DNA of 64,000 nucleotides. Origin: Phaeosaccion multiseriatum. Taxonomy: Eukaryota > Protista > Ochrophyta, other classes. How positions within the stretch are numbered: the stretch's first letter is position 1; every line of letters begins with the position of its first letter. Positions 10,304-23,166 of the stretch are shown here, piece by piece. The DNA lies in contig OZ218958.1 in NCBI GenBank assembly GCA_965112735.1, positions 1,922,001 to 1,986,000 on the forward strand, written 5' to 3'. Position numbers and translations under genes: made by a program. Under the pieces are notes generated by a model that searched no databases, was not told the DNA's origin, and was given only the letters and a program-made list of their open reading frames with translations.

Positions 10304-12593
10304 TTGGAGGTGCTTGTGCTTGTGGGTGTTTGTATATGTTTGAAAGTGTTGGGTGGGTGAGTACGTTGGTGTGGGCCTGCGTGTGTGCCCTCGAGTGCCA
10401 TCTGCTTCCTACGAAACTGATACTGAAAGTGGCAACTGAACACAACAACAACTGAATCTAAAAACTGCCCACGAATGCAGATGAGAGACGCCATTGCCAG
10501 CACCGAGCGGCGCCTCGCCAGAGCCGCTAAGATCGGAGGAGCTACAGCAGCAGCAGCAGCAGCAGCAGGAGGACGAGGAGGAGGAGGAGGAGGAGGAGGA
10601 GGAGGAGGAGGAGGAGGAGGTGGGGGAGGAGGAGGAAGAGGAGGAGGGGGAGGAGGAGGAGGGGGAGGAGGAGGAGGGGTCGGGGAGGCTATTAGTGCCC
10701 TCCTCTCCTCCTGCGATGACGTGATTCTTGCGTCTCCGGCGGACGCGGGCAGTTTGGACCATCTTCTTACAGCCTCGACGGGTGCGTATTCTCTCTCTTC
10801 TCTCTCTCTCATTTCATGTCTCTCTGTCTCTCTGTCTACCCCTACTTACTCACTCACTCACTCGACCTTTCCTTTCCTCCGTCCCTCCCTCCGTCCCTCC
10901 CTCCCTTTTCCAATCCTCAGAAGCCTCCGCAGCGACTAGGCATCTGCAGCACCTGGCGCGAGTTACCGCAGAGTGGAACGATCTCCGAGGGGCCCTCATC
11001 CGTGCGCTCGGTCTTCCCTCGACCCTCATCTTGTTCGACCTACGCTGCAAGAGACACCCTGTCTCACCGGAGTCGTGTGACCAGAGCGATCGGATAGACC
11101 TTGCGGTCAATGCCGTTGATGCCGTGGTGTGTAGCGGGGCGTTTAAGGAGGGAAGGCTCACGGCCCGGCGACATGTATCAGAGGTGAGAGGGAGGGAGGG
11201 AGGGAGGGAAGGAGGGAGGGAGAGGGAGAGAGAGAGGGAGGGAGGGAGGGAGGGAGTGAGGGAGGGAAGGAAGGAGGGAGGGAGGGAGAGAGAGAGGGAA
11301 GGGTAGGACCGATGTGGTGTGTGTATTCGTGGCTGCTCTTTCTCTCCTCTCCATTTCTTTTGCCGCACCCTCGCAGCCTGCTCCCTTCCCCTCCCCTCCC
11401 CCTCCCTGTCCTGTCCTGTCCATATACCTCTACCCTGCCCATGCACATCTGCTCTACCCACATATCTCTACCCTCTCCGGCCCTGTCCATATACCTCCAC
11501 CCTGCCTAACCCTCCCTCCCTCCCTCCCCCCATGCAGAGCACCATGAAGATTCTTCGAGTGACCGGCGTGACTCGGATGGTGCATCACTTGCCGTACTTG
11601 GAGGGGCTCAAGAAGCGCTGTCTCAGCAGGGGAGAGAACGTGGGATATCTCAGTGATGATGAGATGCCTGAAGGTGAGGGGGGTGGAGGGGGAGGGGGAG
11701 GGGGCAAACAAGAGAGGAAGGTAGAGAGAGAGAGAGAGGTAGAGAGGTGTGGAGGTGGAGAGAGTGAGACAGAGAGAGATGGAAGAAGAGAGAGGGTGGA
11801 GAGGTAGAGAGAGGAGGGGAGGGCAGATAGAGGGAGGGAGAGAGATTGAAGGCATGTGAGTGTCTGGGGACGGGGGCGGGTGCGGGTGCCAGCCCTCTTC
11901 CCCCCTCTATTCTCTCCTCCCATCCCGTCCCCTCCCCATCTACTGCCATCCCTCCCCTCCCCTCTCCTCCCAGGGCGAGGCGATCGCGAGAAGGTGCCAG
12001 ACACAGTGGGCTCGAGTGAGAGCTGGGGAGCCGCGCAGGTGTGTGCTTACACTCAATCACCCTCTCTTATGTCCCTCTCTCCGTCGTTTCTCTCTTAATC
12101 TGTCTCGCTCTTTTCCTCTCCTCTCTCTCGCTCTTTTCCTCTCTCCTCTCTCTGTATATCCCCCGTGTTCTCTTGTTATGCATCTCTCTTCCCTCTTTCC
12201 CTCTCCCCTCTCTCTCTTGTCTGCTTTCACTCACTCTTTCGTTGTCTCTCCTCCACCCCCCCCCTCTCGCTCTCTCTCTCCCTCTTTACCTGTGGTCTCT
12301 GTCCATATGCCTCTACCCATGTGCCTCCTCCATGTGCAGGTGGCGGTGGCAGCGGTCGTGGAGGCTGTCAATGACGTCATGCTTGCCAAGGTATGGCGAC
12401 GACGCAATCAGTGTGTTGTGTATGCCCAACCCGTATACCCGATCGGTATACACATTCCCTCTGTAACGCTATGTTGTCCCGACCTTGCCATGGCCCCGAT
12501 TCGGATGCTTTTCCGCCCCGATCCTCTGCGCACACACATACACGCACCTAACCCCCGCCCCCTCCTGCCTCCCGCCTCACACACACACGCTCG

Positions 12594-12658
<65 letters not shown>

Positions 12659-14233
12659 CGAAACAGGTGCACAATGCCTTTGTGGCAGTGCGCCCCCCCG
12701 GGCACCACGCGGGTGTGCACGTGTGTGCCATGGGAGCAGCGTCGAACGGCTTTTGCCTCATGAACAATGTGGCGGTGGGGGCCACACATGCAAGGAGGAA
12801 TATGCAGGCACAACGGGTGGCCGTGGTCGACTTCGACGCACATCACGGGGTGAGAGAGAGGGAGGCTGGCCATTGGGAGGAGGAGAGTAGAGGGGCCAAG
12901 AGTGGGGCTGGAGGGTGATGGAGAGGGGGGAGGAGGGGAGGGGGGGGGCGCAAGCCAACCAACCAACCAACCAACCAACCAATCCCTCAACCCAACCCCA
13001 ACCCACACACACACACACCCGCCAAACCCACCCTCCCACACACACGCGCGCGCGCACATGCACATACGCGCACACACACACACACAAACACGCACACACA
13101 ACCCAAACAGAACGGGACTCAGGAGATCCTCGCCCACACCTTCGACAGGGGCTTCCTCTTCATCTCCCTGCACGCCTACGGCCAATCGGGGGACGGTATG
13201 GGCCGTATCTTCCCGGGCAGTGGCGGCTCCAGGGCTCCGACTGACGCCCCGCACTCACACGTGTTGAACCTTCCTCTGGGGCCCGTGATTCGTCCTGATG
13301 CCTTCCATGCGGCCACGACAAAGGCCGTGGCGAAGCTAAGGAGCTTCAAGCCGGACCTGATTATGCTTAGTGCGGGCTTCGACGGGCACTACGCGGGTGG
13401 GTGGGGGGAGGGAGGGAGGGAGGGAAGGGGGGGAGGGGAGGGAGGGAGGGAGGGAGGGGAGGGAGGGAGGGAGGGAGGGGGGGGGTGTGCAGGGGAAGAG
13501 GGAGGGGAGGGAGGGGAGGGAGCTTAAGCCGTAGCTTCATCCCTTTGCGCCTTGTGCGTGTGCTTGTTCTCGTGCTTAAGTGCTGCAGCTCCAGCGCCGT
13601 CCACTGCCATCCTCCGTCTGAGGCCCTTTGTGAGGCCCCTCTGCTATCCTGTCCCGTCCTGTGGCCATTCGCCCTTCTTTCTCACCTTCTTGCACGCGTC
13701 CATGCACGCGTCCCCCACCCCACCCCACCCTGGCCTGGCCTGTCCTATGACCTGTGGATGCATGCCGCTCTCTCCCTCTCTCTTCCCCTCTCTCTCTCTC
13801 GCCCACTCCCTCTTTCTCTCTCTCTCCTTTCTATTTCCTTCTCTCTTTCTCTCTCTCTTCTACTACTACTACAACAACAACAACAGACCCCACCGCTTTG
13901 GGTCGTCTCCGTGCTGTGGACTTTGGCATCTTCACGACTCGCATGGTGGAGGCGGCAGAGGAGCTGTGCGGGGGGCGTCTCGTTAGCGTGTTGGAGGGAG
14001 GCTATGCAGCAGAGTGCATGGACATCAGCAACACCACCACCTCAATACGGCGAGGAGGGGGAGGAGTAGGAGGGCTGGGCGGGGGGGGCACGAGGAGGGG
14101 GAGCGGTGGTTGCGAGGAAGGTCTTGCCGACTGTGTCTTTACACACGTGGAGGCGCTGGCGAGTGCGCTCACCAAGAAGCAGGACAAGAAGGAGAAGGAC
14201 AAGTCAGAGCAAGGACGGGCGGCGGCACAATGA
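5754..14233 (+). CDS. Class II-type histone deacetylase with N-terminal PWWP domain, Cys-rich finger-like segment and coiled coil (15 exons)
   Basis: GT-AG exons join in phase: 5754-5921, 6063-6146, 6330-6455, 6736-7101, 7531-7662, 7779-9683, 10061-10213, 10481-10781, 10921-11183, 11538-11673, 11974-12038, 12340-12390, 12667-12849, 13111-13396, 13887-14233. PWWP signature: GDPVALAVKPQGGWWPVRI...VLVVFL...WFCWVGETNVKLW. HDAC motifs RPPGHH, GFC, DFDAHHGNGT, SAGFD and LEGGY are all intact. Confidence 0.85.
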
Positions 14234-14910
14234 CAAGGGCAAAGGAGGGAGGGGCCAAGAAGGTTGGGTCCCTCTTAGGCTCTCTACGGGTCTACAGTGT
14301 GTGTGTGTGTGTATGGTGTGTGTGTGGAGGGGGTGGGGGGGTGCTCGCGGGGAAGCTGTTGCTGCGGCTGCTGCAGAGGGTCAGGGAGAGAGAGCAATGC
14401 CCAGTGAGGGTCAGGGGTATATGCTGGTTCGGATCTATCTCTCTCTCTCTGCATTTCTGCACCCTCCCAACCACACCCACCCCCAATCACCCACCTACGC
14501 ACCCACGCACACACCCTGCCACCCACCCCTACGTTCGGTCCTTTGTGCATTGGGCGTGCAGCAGCCCGAAGATTGGCGCCGATAGAGTGACTGAACAGAG
14601 AGAGAGTCAACTGAATTATGATGGTAATCGGTAGGTACGTATGTAGGTATGTATATCATCGTATTATATTTTTTACAGTTACAGCCTCCCTCCCCAGTCG
14701 CCCATAGGAGAGGCAAAAGGTCGTAGTCACCCAAGCGCATGACGCAAAGGGTTTTCACGAAGCTGCCGCTCTCTCTAGCTATCACATCACCCAGTCAGCC
14801 AGTCAGCCAGTCAACCGGTGCCTCGCGGTCTCACCTCTTCTCCAGCTAGGAAAGCATGCTCATTATTCCTTCCTCCTCTAACATACATAGTAGATACCTC
14901 TCCTTTTTTT

Positions 14911-17900
14911 TTACACACCAGCACCACTTTGCTGATGATCTTGGGATCTTACAGTTTCAGTTTCAGCCACAAGATCGGTTTCCGTGTCAGCCTCCTCCTC
15001 CTCCTCCTCCTCCTCCTCCTCCTCCTCCTCCTCCTCCTCCTCCTCCTCCTCCTGCTCCTCCTCCTCCTCCTCCTCCTCCTCCTCGCTCCCTCGTATTTGG
15101 TCTTCATCATCATCACCATCGTCATCAACGTCGTAATTCACTTCGAGCACTAGGTCACAGTTTGTAACGGTTACATCCAGCTCGTTGGACCCACCCTGGA
15201 TGGTGAAGCGGGTCAGAGGAGAGGTTTCTGTAACCGTTCCCACGACAGAGCAGCGGATGGGCGTGCTCCCCAGTGTTTCACAGGTTGTCGTACCGAAGGT
15301 ATTCTCAGAGCCGTCCATCTGCTGTATCACCATTTCCACCTCTTTTGGTCGTTGGGAGGTGAGCTCGCACGAGAAGGTGTATTTTTCGCCCTCTTCCACA
15401 GACAAGGTTTGGTACAGCTGAATGAATGGGTGGGTGAGTGGAGTGGGTGGGTGGGTGGGTGGGTGGGTGGGGTAATAGCAAGGCAGCGGAGGGGCGCAAT
15501 GAGTTTCGGCGAAGAAGAGGAGGAAGGCAAGGCAAGGAAAAGAAACGACAAGCCACTCCCTCCCCTCCCTCCCTTCTCTCTCCCCTCCCTCGCGCCCTCG
15601 CTCCCCTCGCTCCCCTCCCTCCCTCCCTCCCTCCCTCCCTCCCTCCCTCCCTCCCCCACTCCCTCCCTCCTCCCCCCCCTGTCCTCCTTCTCACCTGTGC
15701 GTGCCATTGCCTTGTGCCCCCCTCATAGAGCCAGAAAGTAACGCCTCCCTCTGCCTGCAGGCCAATGAATCCAACCTCCGAAGAAGAAACATAAGTCTCC
15801 CACTGTGCCATGCCATACTCGAACCGCGGGTTACCCAGGTAGTTATTGGCCAGCAAGATGGCCCCGTGGACCTTGAAGTCGTTAACGTCCTGGGCGTTAC
15901 CCCCTCGAATACCGAAGAAGAACGACGACGATTCGTCGATGGTATGGCTGAGCCCGCACCGTGACCACACGGTGGAAATGGTGCACGTGTACGAGGCGAT
16001 GTCCTCCCAGTCGCCTCCCTCCCGCTGAATAAACACCTCCACGTTTCGCTTCTCCTGCAACTGCAGGACGGCGAAGGAGAGCCAGTACTTTTGCCCTGCG
16101 CTACCGGAGAACCTCTGGTACAGGGCAATGTCCTCCAAGGGTTGGTCGTCGTCATCATCCTCGCTGCCGCCAAATGTGAATGTTGCCTCCCGGAAATGCA
16201 CAGTAAGGTAGTTTTTGCCCCCCCCCGTGTACTTTAGCCAGTGGTCTGAGTCCTCTTCAAAGTCGTGATTGCGGAAGTAGTTGAATCGATACGTCTCCTT
16301 CGGTGGCCGATACACTCGCACACTATCCACCTCCATCCTCTGCGGGAAAGCCTCTTCATCCACTCCCTCCCTCCCCGCCCATACCCCTCCAACCGCCACG
16401 TTGAGAATGAGATAGAACTCGTTGCCATCTGTGAAAGGCCATGTGGACCAGTCGTCCTCCAAATCGTTGGCGAAAAAGAAGTGCGGGGCATCATCATCTA
16501 TGCTTGCCGCGATACCGTCTCGGGTCCATTCGAGGCGATAAGTATGCCACTGAGTCACGTCATCGAGGTGGACCGTGCGACTGCTAGACACCTCAAGGCT
16601 CTCCTCCTGGTTGGTGTTTTTGTGGTTGGAGTCGTCTGAATGCAGTGTTGTAATGACGGCCCCCGCGTTGTACCCCACGTGCTCCATTAGGTCAATCTCA
16701 CCGCTACCAGGCCACACCCCGTAGGGCCGGTTGTTGGAGAGTAGCCAAATGGCAGGCCACGTGCCCACGGCGTCGGGGAGCTTCGCGCGGACCTGCGGGG
16801 GGGGGGGGGTGGTTGTTGTTGGCGAAAGACACACACACACACACACAGACACAGATAGATAGAGAGAGAGGGAAAGAGAAGAGAAAGAGTGTGAATCTTT
16901 GCAAGCGGGGCAGCGACCACACCACACGGACACACCCCCCAGGCACCCACCTCCAGGGTACCGTATGTGAAGATGAACTTGTCCAGCGTAGACACCTTGG
17001 CGGACGTGTAGTCGCCATTGTCCTCGAGCCTCGATTCGATGATCAATCTTCCTCCCGCCACCCTGTTATTAGTGGACATTGATTCACGGATAGAGCAGGT
17101 GGATAGAGTAGAAGCGGGGGGGACGTGAGGGAGGGAGGAAAGCACAGGGTGGTATGAGGCACCGCCATGGGAAGCGCCTGCTCCGCTCTCCTTGGCCTGC
17201 TCCGGCCGGCTGTCCTCCGGTCCGACCTCTGGTCCCCACTAACCTAGCGTTCCTGTACTGGTCTGTGTAGATCTGCAGCTCGCTATTGAACGTCTCGGAA
17301 TCGGAGTCCACGGTCCAGACAGAGGCGTCCAGCGTGTCGCCGTCAAACGTGTCTTCAAAGAGCAGGTCCGCACGGCGAGCTGCAGACGGCGTGGGGGCGG
17401 CTGTCGGGGCCAAGGTTGGCGCCTCTGTGGGTGCCGCTGTTGGGGTGTCTGTGGGTGTGGCAGTGGGTGTGGCAGTGGGTGTAGCAGTGGGTGCGGCTGT
17501 TGCTCCAACGACTGTTGGAGCTGCGGTTGGCGCGGCTGTTGGACCTGCTGTTGCTCCAATCGCTGTTGGGGCTGCTGTTGACACAGTGGTGAACTGTGCA
17601 ACGTGTCGAGGCGGAGAGAGAACCGGAGACGGAAAGGGAAAGGGGAGATAGAACGTGACAAAGCGAAGCAAGCCCGGGGGGGGCACGGCCAGGGGAGAGG
17701 GCGATGCAGCAGGGGTGTGTAAATAAAGTAGGAGGAGCCTCCCTGCTGTGTCCTCCACCTAAGGTGGAACGGAATACTTATCCCGAAATGAGCGAAATTT
17801 GCCCCCACCACAAAAGAAAAGGTGCTCACCCCCCCCCCCCCGTTATGTTCTCCACACACCACCACAGCATCCTCCTCACTCACCTCGGTCTGGGTGGTAT

Positions 17901-18246
17901 CAAAGGAGGGGGCAGGCGTGTCTCCAATACCCGGCTGTGTGGCGTTCGGAGGGAGGTCTCTTGATGGGTCCGGGGGCGAAGTCGGCGCCGGTGAGAACTC
18001 CGGTTCGGTCGCGTTCGGAGGCAGGACGGATCCGTCGGGCAGCAGGGGCTCCGTGGTGTTGCTGGGAGGGGGAGTTGGCACTGATGGTGGCTCTGCCGAA
18101 TCCGTCGAGCGGATCCAGTTGACCAGAACCGCACCGCAGGCGGTTGCGAGTATAAGGACGGCCCACAGCTTGCCCGGTTTTTTCGCGGCCGGCAGCCCAG
18201 GCATTGGTATTCCGACTTGCTGTGGCACAGTGTCATATACGGACAT
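14911..18246 (-). CDS. Type II membrane GH16 beta-1,3-glucanase (laminarinase-like) with P/T linker, CBM4/9-like modules and acidic tail
   Basis: WPAIWLL and catalytic GEIDLMEH, plus FYLILNVAVGG and MEVDSVRVY. N-terminal hydrophobic KLWAVLILATACGAVLVNWI and PTAAPT repeats. CBM-like starts NHDFEED and GNPRFEYG. Approximate exons: 18246-17884, 17593-17264, 17062-16951, 16792-15696, 15417-14911. Confidence 0.88.
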
Positions 18247-18728
18247 TCAACGTCTCCCTACCCACACCGGAACTTAGCAGCAGGCCAACAGCAGAGCGTG
18301 CAAGGAGCAGCAGGAGAGAGGCCCTGCCGTACGTACAATGCTCCTGTACCGATCGATTCGATCGCTACTCTCCCGCCGAATTCTCGGACAAGTGAAATCC
18401 AGACTCACAGATGGATATTTCAGTTATTTCAGGCCATTTCGGGGTCAAGTGCAGGGTCTTCGGGGAAAGGGATCAGCTCCTCAGGTGTCTCTCTCCATTC
18501 AAAGAGGTTCCTTTTACGTTTGTCACGTTGCGTGTTCAATGTACTCTCGTGTAACCTCTCAATAGGCGAAGGAGGTAGTGGAGGAGGGTACGGGGGTTCA
18601 CGCCTCATACCTCGTGCCAGCCACCAGCTCTGCCAGCACTATCAGCGCTAACTGCCTTCCCTCCCTACCCCTAGCAGGGTGTCACATCCAGGCATGAAAC
18701 ATCATTCAGATGTGCGCGCACTCTTCTG

Positions 18729-18813
18729 TGGTATCATGCTGTCATGCTGTCTGCCCTGGCCCCGGCTTTCATGGTATCATGCTGTCACACTGCCTCCACT
18801 GGCCCCGGCTTTC
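18729..18813. repeat. ~43-bp imperfect tandem duplication
   Basis: TGGTATCATGCTGTCA...CTGGCCCCGGCTTTC occurs at 18729-18770 and 18772-18813. Confidence 0.75.
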
Positions 18814-19461
18814 CAGCCTACCAGACTCGGCTCTCCCTCTCTTATCACCCTCCTTCTATACTCGGGGTACAACTTCGGCCCGACTCCATCGAAGGTAGTG
18901 AGCTTCGATAAGGACAGCGTTGGCTCTACCCCTCCTTTCCCCTTCTATCGATCTCCCTCACTACAAAATCGACATTTCCGCACATGATGTCGAGGCACCG
19001 CTGCAGCAGAGATTGGGGAAGACGCTCCAGAGGCCCAGGACGAGAGCTTTGTACACCGAGCAGGCCTCACCTTCCCCTCCCTCTGACCCTCTCGTTTGCT
19101 GCTGAGGTCGCAGGATTGAAGCAGCTGCGCTTCCGTCTCCGAAGAGGTACGACGCCCTCCGCTCGAGGCAGCAGGAAGCGACACAAGGAGGCGGCATGTC
19201 GCCCACAACCCCATAGTTCATCCACCTCGTGCACAGTGCGCAGAGGGAGGGCGGAAGGTCTCTGGAATCGCCTCCCACCTCCCCTCCCCTCCCCTCCCCT
19301 CCCCTCGGTTCTCTCCCGTCGCCGCCAGTACTGTACACCACCAGGAGCGAAAGAGGAGGACATCGCTGTGGTCTTGTCGCGCACAATGCCCTGGCCCCGA
19401 GGGGTTCCTTCGCGGACCGGACCAGGAAACAGGGGTGGGTGGGTGGGTGGGTGGGTGGAGC

Positions 19462-19498
<37 letters not shown>

Positions 19499-19759
19499 CC
19501 CGTGCGCTTCCACTTGCTTCATCGTCGCTGTTTCCTGGGTACAACTCGCTCTTGTACTCTCTGTCCTTCTCGCGGGCGGCGGATAGGCACTATATGATAT
19601 CCTCGGGTATCTTTGTACAGCGAGGGACGAGCCTCCGGAGTTGTGAGTGCCACACGGGTTACGCCGTGTGGGTGATTGGGAGCGCTGAGAGTCTAGCCTC
19701 GTCCCTCCAAACAAAAAGCAATGGAGGATAATCCCCCCCCCCACCACCTTGGCTACTCA

Positions 19760-20738
19760 CTACACCCCCTTCCCACCCACCGCCGCTCCCTCCTGCAGTG
19801 GCTTGGCGCTGCTGGTCAGGTGCCTCTCCACGAGGTTGAGAAGGATATTGTCCACCGCCACCTTGGGGGTTGTGAGAGTGGCCTCTTGGCCAGCCTCCTC
19901 CCTCTTGCCCCTCCTCATCTCCTCCAAGGCGACCTTGTTCCACGCCCAATCATAGCCTCCGTTCGCATTGACCTGGGGTAGCTCGAGCAGCTGACCAAAC
20001 GCCGTGCTGATGTGGAAGGCGAACTTGTTCAGCCGGCTGTTGATGAGAGAGAGCACCGTCGGCGCCTGCAGCAGAGCGGAGAGGGGAGGCGGAAACATAC
20101 AGCACACCGCAGGACGACAAGAGTGTTTAGCTCCTTGCACATTTGGCAACTGCAGCTTGCTTGCACCCCGATTCGATCGTTTTCTCTTTCTAGACCACCG
20201 AACCTGGTAAATGGTACCGTCCATGATGTAGTAGATGGAGCGGACATCCGCTTCGCTGCTCGTCCTTCGGTACCGCTTCAGGATCACGAACAGCCGGGGC
20301 TGCACCTGATGCCCCTGCGTTGGCAAACAGAGAGAGGGGCAAGGGTGGTGCGAGTGGGGAGTCCCATCAGGGGGCGAGGGAGGGGAAAACACGGCGACGC
20401 GGCCGCCAAAAAAGACCAGCATCATCTCCTCCTCCTGATAGCGTGATAGCATGTCGTACCTCCGGCAGCGGTGGGCTGGGCACGGGGGGATCCTCGGGAG
20501 GGAGGTCCGCGAGCACGTACTCCGTCCCCGTCATGGCACGGAGAGCGCTGGTCGGGTCCAGCCCTTGCATGCGGCAAATCTCGTTGCTGCAGCTCTTATC
20601 GTAGAAGGGCGACAGCGCAAAGTAGTCCAGCGCGTTGACAGCCCCCAACCCCCACTGCTGCAGCCACACGGGGTCCTGGAAGCTGAGGCCGCTTTGGTCG
20701 ATCTCGACCTCCTGCTTTCGGCCCGTTAATCCGTCCAT
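19760..20738 (-). CDS. MED6: Mediator complex subunit 6
   Basis: FQDPVWL...NALDYFALSPFYDKSCSNE...MTGTEYVL, PRLFVILKRYR...YYIMDGTIYQ|APTVLSLINSRL; three exons. Confidence 0.92.
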
Positions 20739-21077
20739 TCTTCTTCCGTGTGGCTGGAAGGGGGAAGCAGCTACAAATGACGGTTACACAGGAAGCATAG
20801 GCCAGCTGAGGGAGGCGCTTATGCCGCTGAGGGAAGGGAAGCAAAGAATGAAGAGGAAAAGACGGTCGATCTGAAATTTCGTATATTTTTTTTCTCCCTC
20901 CTCCTCTCTAAACCCCCCTTATCAGCAGAGAAGTAGTGTAGTAAAGACAAACAGAGAACTTTCAACCACCTCGAAGACACCAGTAGTGGCACCACCAGCA
21001 CTACCACCTTCACCGCACAATTTGGAAGTCCTACGGCGGCCCCCGAGGGAAGGGAGGCGAGATAGAACACAACCCCG

Positions 21078-22275
21078 ATGGCGACCTCTGTGTTTGAGAG
21101 CTACGATGAGGAGTATGTATCCATCGTTAAGGACGTAAGGAAGGACCTGAGCCATGCCCTGACTTACGAGGCGGATGCTGGTGAGTAAGAGCTGCAAGCA
21201 TGCGTGCTTTGTATTGGTGTTGCTGGAGGCAATGCGGGAACTTTCCTTCCCCCACACACCCCCATCCTGCCTGTGTCGTCCCTTCCCTGCCTTAGACGCG
21301 TGTGTCTTCCCGTACACAACCCTCCCCTGCCTGTGTGCTCCCTTTTGCGCCTCGAACGCCGTGTGCACAGATGCGAAAAGGACACAATTACGGAACGTGG
21401 ACCTGCAGCTGGGTCAAGCAGAGGACTTGCTGAAGCAGATGGGCATTGAGGCGCGGTCGGCCAGCAGCTCGGGGGGGAAGAAGCAGATGCAAGACAAGCT
21501 GGTCACCTACAAGCGGGCGGTGGGCGGACTCAGGGACGAGTACAAGAGGGGGGTGGGCGAGATGGAGCGGGACGGCCTGTTCGGAGCGCCTTCGGTGAGT
21601 AGCGTAGCCGTGCAGCAGCCCAGAAGCAGGGTGAAGGAGGGGGAAAGAGGTGTCTTCGTCTTCACCTCCTTGTAACCAGCCCTGTTTTGCCGCCCCGCGA
21701 AGGAGACAATTGGAAGCGTTGATCGATTGATAGGCGCGCCATGCCTAATCAGAGATCCGCGCTGCACTGCGGTGCTGTCTGCCCCCTCGCCCACCCACAC
21801 TAACACGCTCAGTATGCCACTACTCAGGGAGACGCTTCGAGAGAGCAGCGCGGGAGGCTTCTTCAGACCAACGAGAAGCTCAATCAGCAGGGGGAGCGCA
21901 TCGAAAACAGCAAAAGAATGGTGCTGGAAATTGAGGACACAGGTAGGGAAGCCCGCCATTCAGTTGTGTAGCGGGAGATTGAAGGAAACCTCGCGTCAGA
22001 GGATGTCGGCATGGAAGTTGGCACGCTTGCCAATCGCTCCTCCTCACCCCTCTCTGCCCTACTGCACTGCGCCTTTATTTTGCCCTCATGTGTGATGGCA
22101 GCAATGGAGATTTCGTCAGAGCTGGGCAGGAACAGGGAGAAAATCACCGGTATACACGGCAAGGTGAGTGGGGAAGCACAGGGGGAAAGGATGACAAAAC
22201 CACCAAAGTCCAAGGGGGAAGGAGGTAGCTGGAGCAGCATAGACATACAGAGAGAGAGAGAGAGACAGAGAGAGA

Positions 22276-22324
<49 letters not shown>

Positions 22325-23166
22325 TACGGGCGAGTTGCCGAGTTACTCATGGGTTGTTGTCTTGTTGTGTGTTGCCTGTACTGCTTAGGTTAAGGACACC
22401 AAGGCCGCTCTCGAAGAGGCCGATACCTTCACGACGAGGATGAGTCGGTGGTGGAATCAGTTCACATGACAGAGCAGACAGCAGCTAGACACAGAGGCAG
22501 AGACAGAGAGACAGCAGACACCTCTCTCGCAGCAGACAAGAGACAGAGACAGAGACAGACCAAGTCCTTTGTCGTGTCGCCGACATGACATAGCAAGGAA
22601 TTCGCTCTATATAGTGAGGTCCGAATGATTAGCCCCAGGACGCGATCCTTAGTGCGGGGAGGGGAGGAAGGATGTGATGTGATCTCTCAACTAGAAAGGG
22701 AGGGCTGGAAGAACCTGTCGAGCCCCGGAGCAGTGGCTTAGGAATCGCTTGCTTTGAAGTCAACACACGCGCACGCACAGGCAGCACCTACGCTCGCCCG
22801 TCCTTTCTGAAAGGTACACTCGCAAAGGCCCTGTTCAGACATCACACTCGCAACCCCCCGGTTGGTTCAGGCGGGGTGTGATGCAAGTTCCGCAATGATT
22901 GATTTTGAGACCTCTAAGACTCTCTTTGTTCCTCGTCTTCCCTGGGTCCTTGTCTTATCACTAACTGCTGCCGCTTCCATCCTCCATCCTGATTGCGTGT
23001 GTGTTGCCCTGATCAGGTGAGGGAGGTGTCATCAATAACGTCTCAAGCACGGCGGTTAGTGCACTCCATGAGTAGGCGGGAGGTGCAACAGAAGTTCATT
23101 CTGTGGATGGTGGCACTACTCCTCGTCAGCGCACTGGTTATTGTCATCTATTTCACAGCCTCATAG
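21078..23166 (+). CDS. VTI1: Qb-SNARE Vti1 (Habc domain, SNARE motif, C-terminal TM)
   Basis: MATSVFESYDEEY..., AEDLLKQMGIEARS, REQRGRLLQTNEKL, RMVLEIEDTAMEISSELGRNREKI. Exons 21078-21181, 21371-21594, 21828-21942, 22102-22163, 23017-23166 (VREVSSITSQARRLVHSMSRREVQQKFILWMVALLLVSALVIVIYFTAS*). Confidence 0.92.
22389..22469 (+). other. VTI1: Candidate alternative terminal exon of VTI1 lacking the TM helix
   Basis: TAG acceptor at 22386-22388 in phase 0 gives VKDTKAALEEADTFTTRMSRWWNQFT*, which is in register with the SNARE C-terminal half. Confidence 0.65.
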
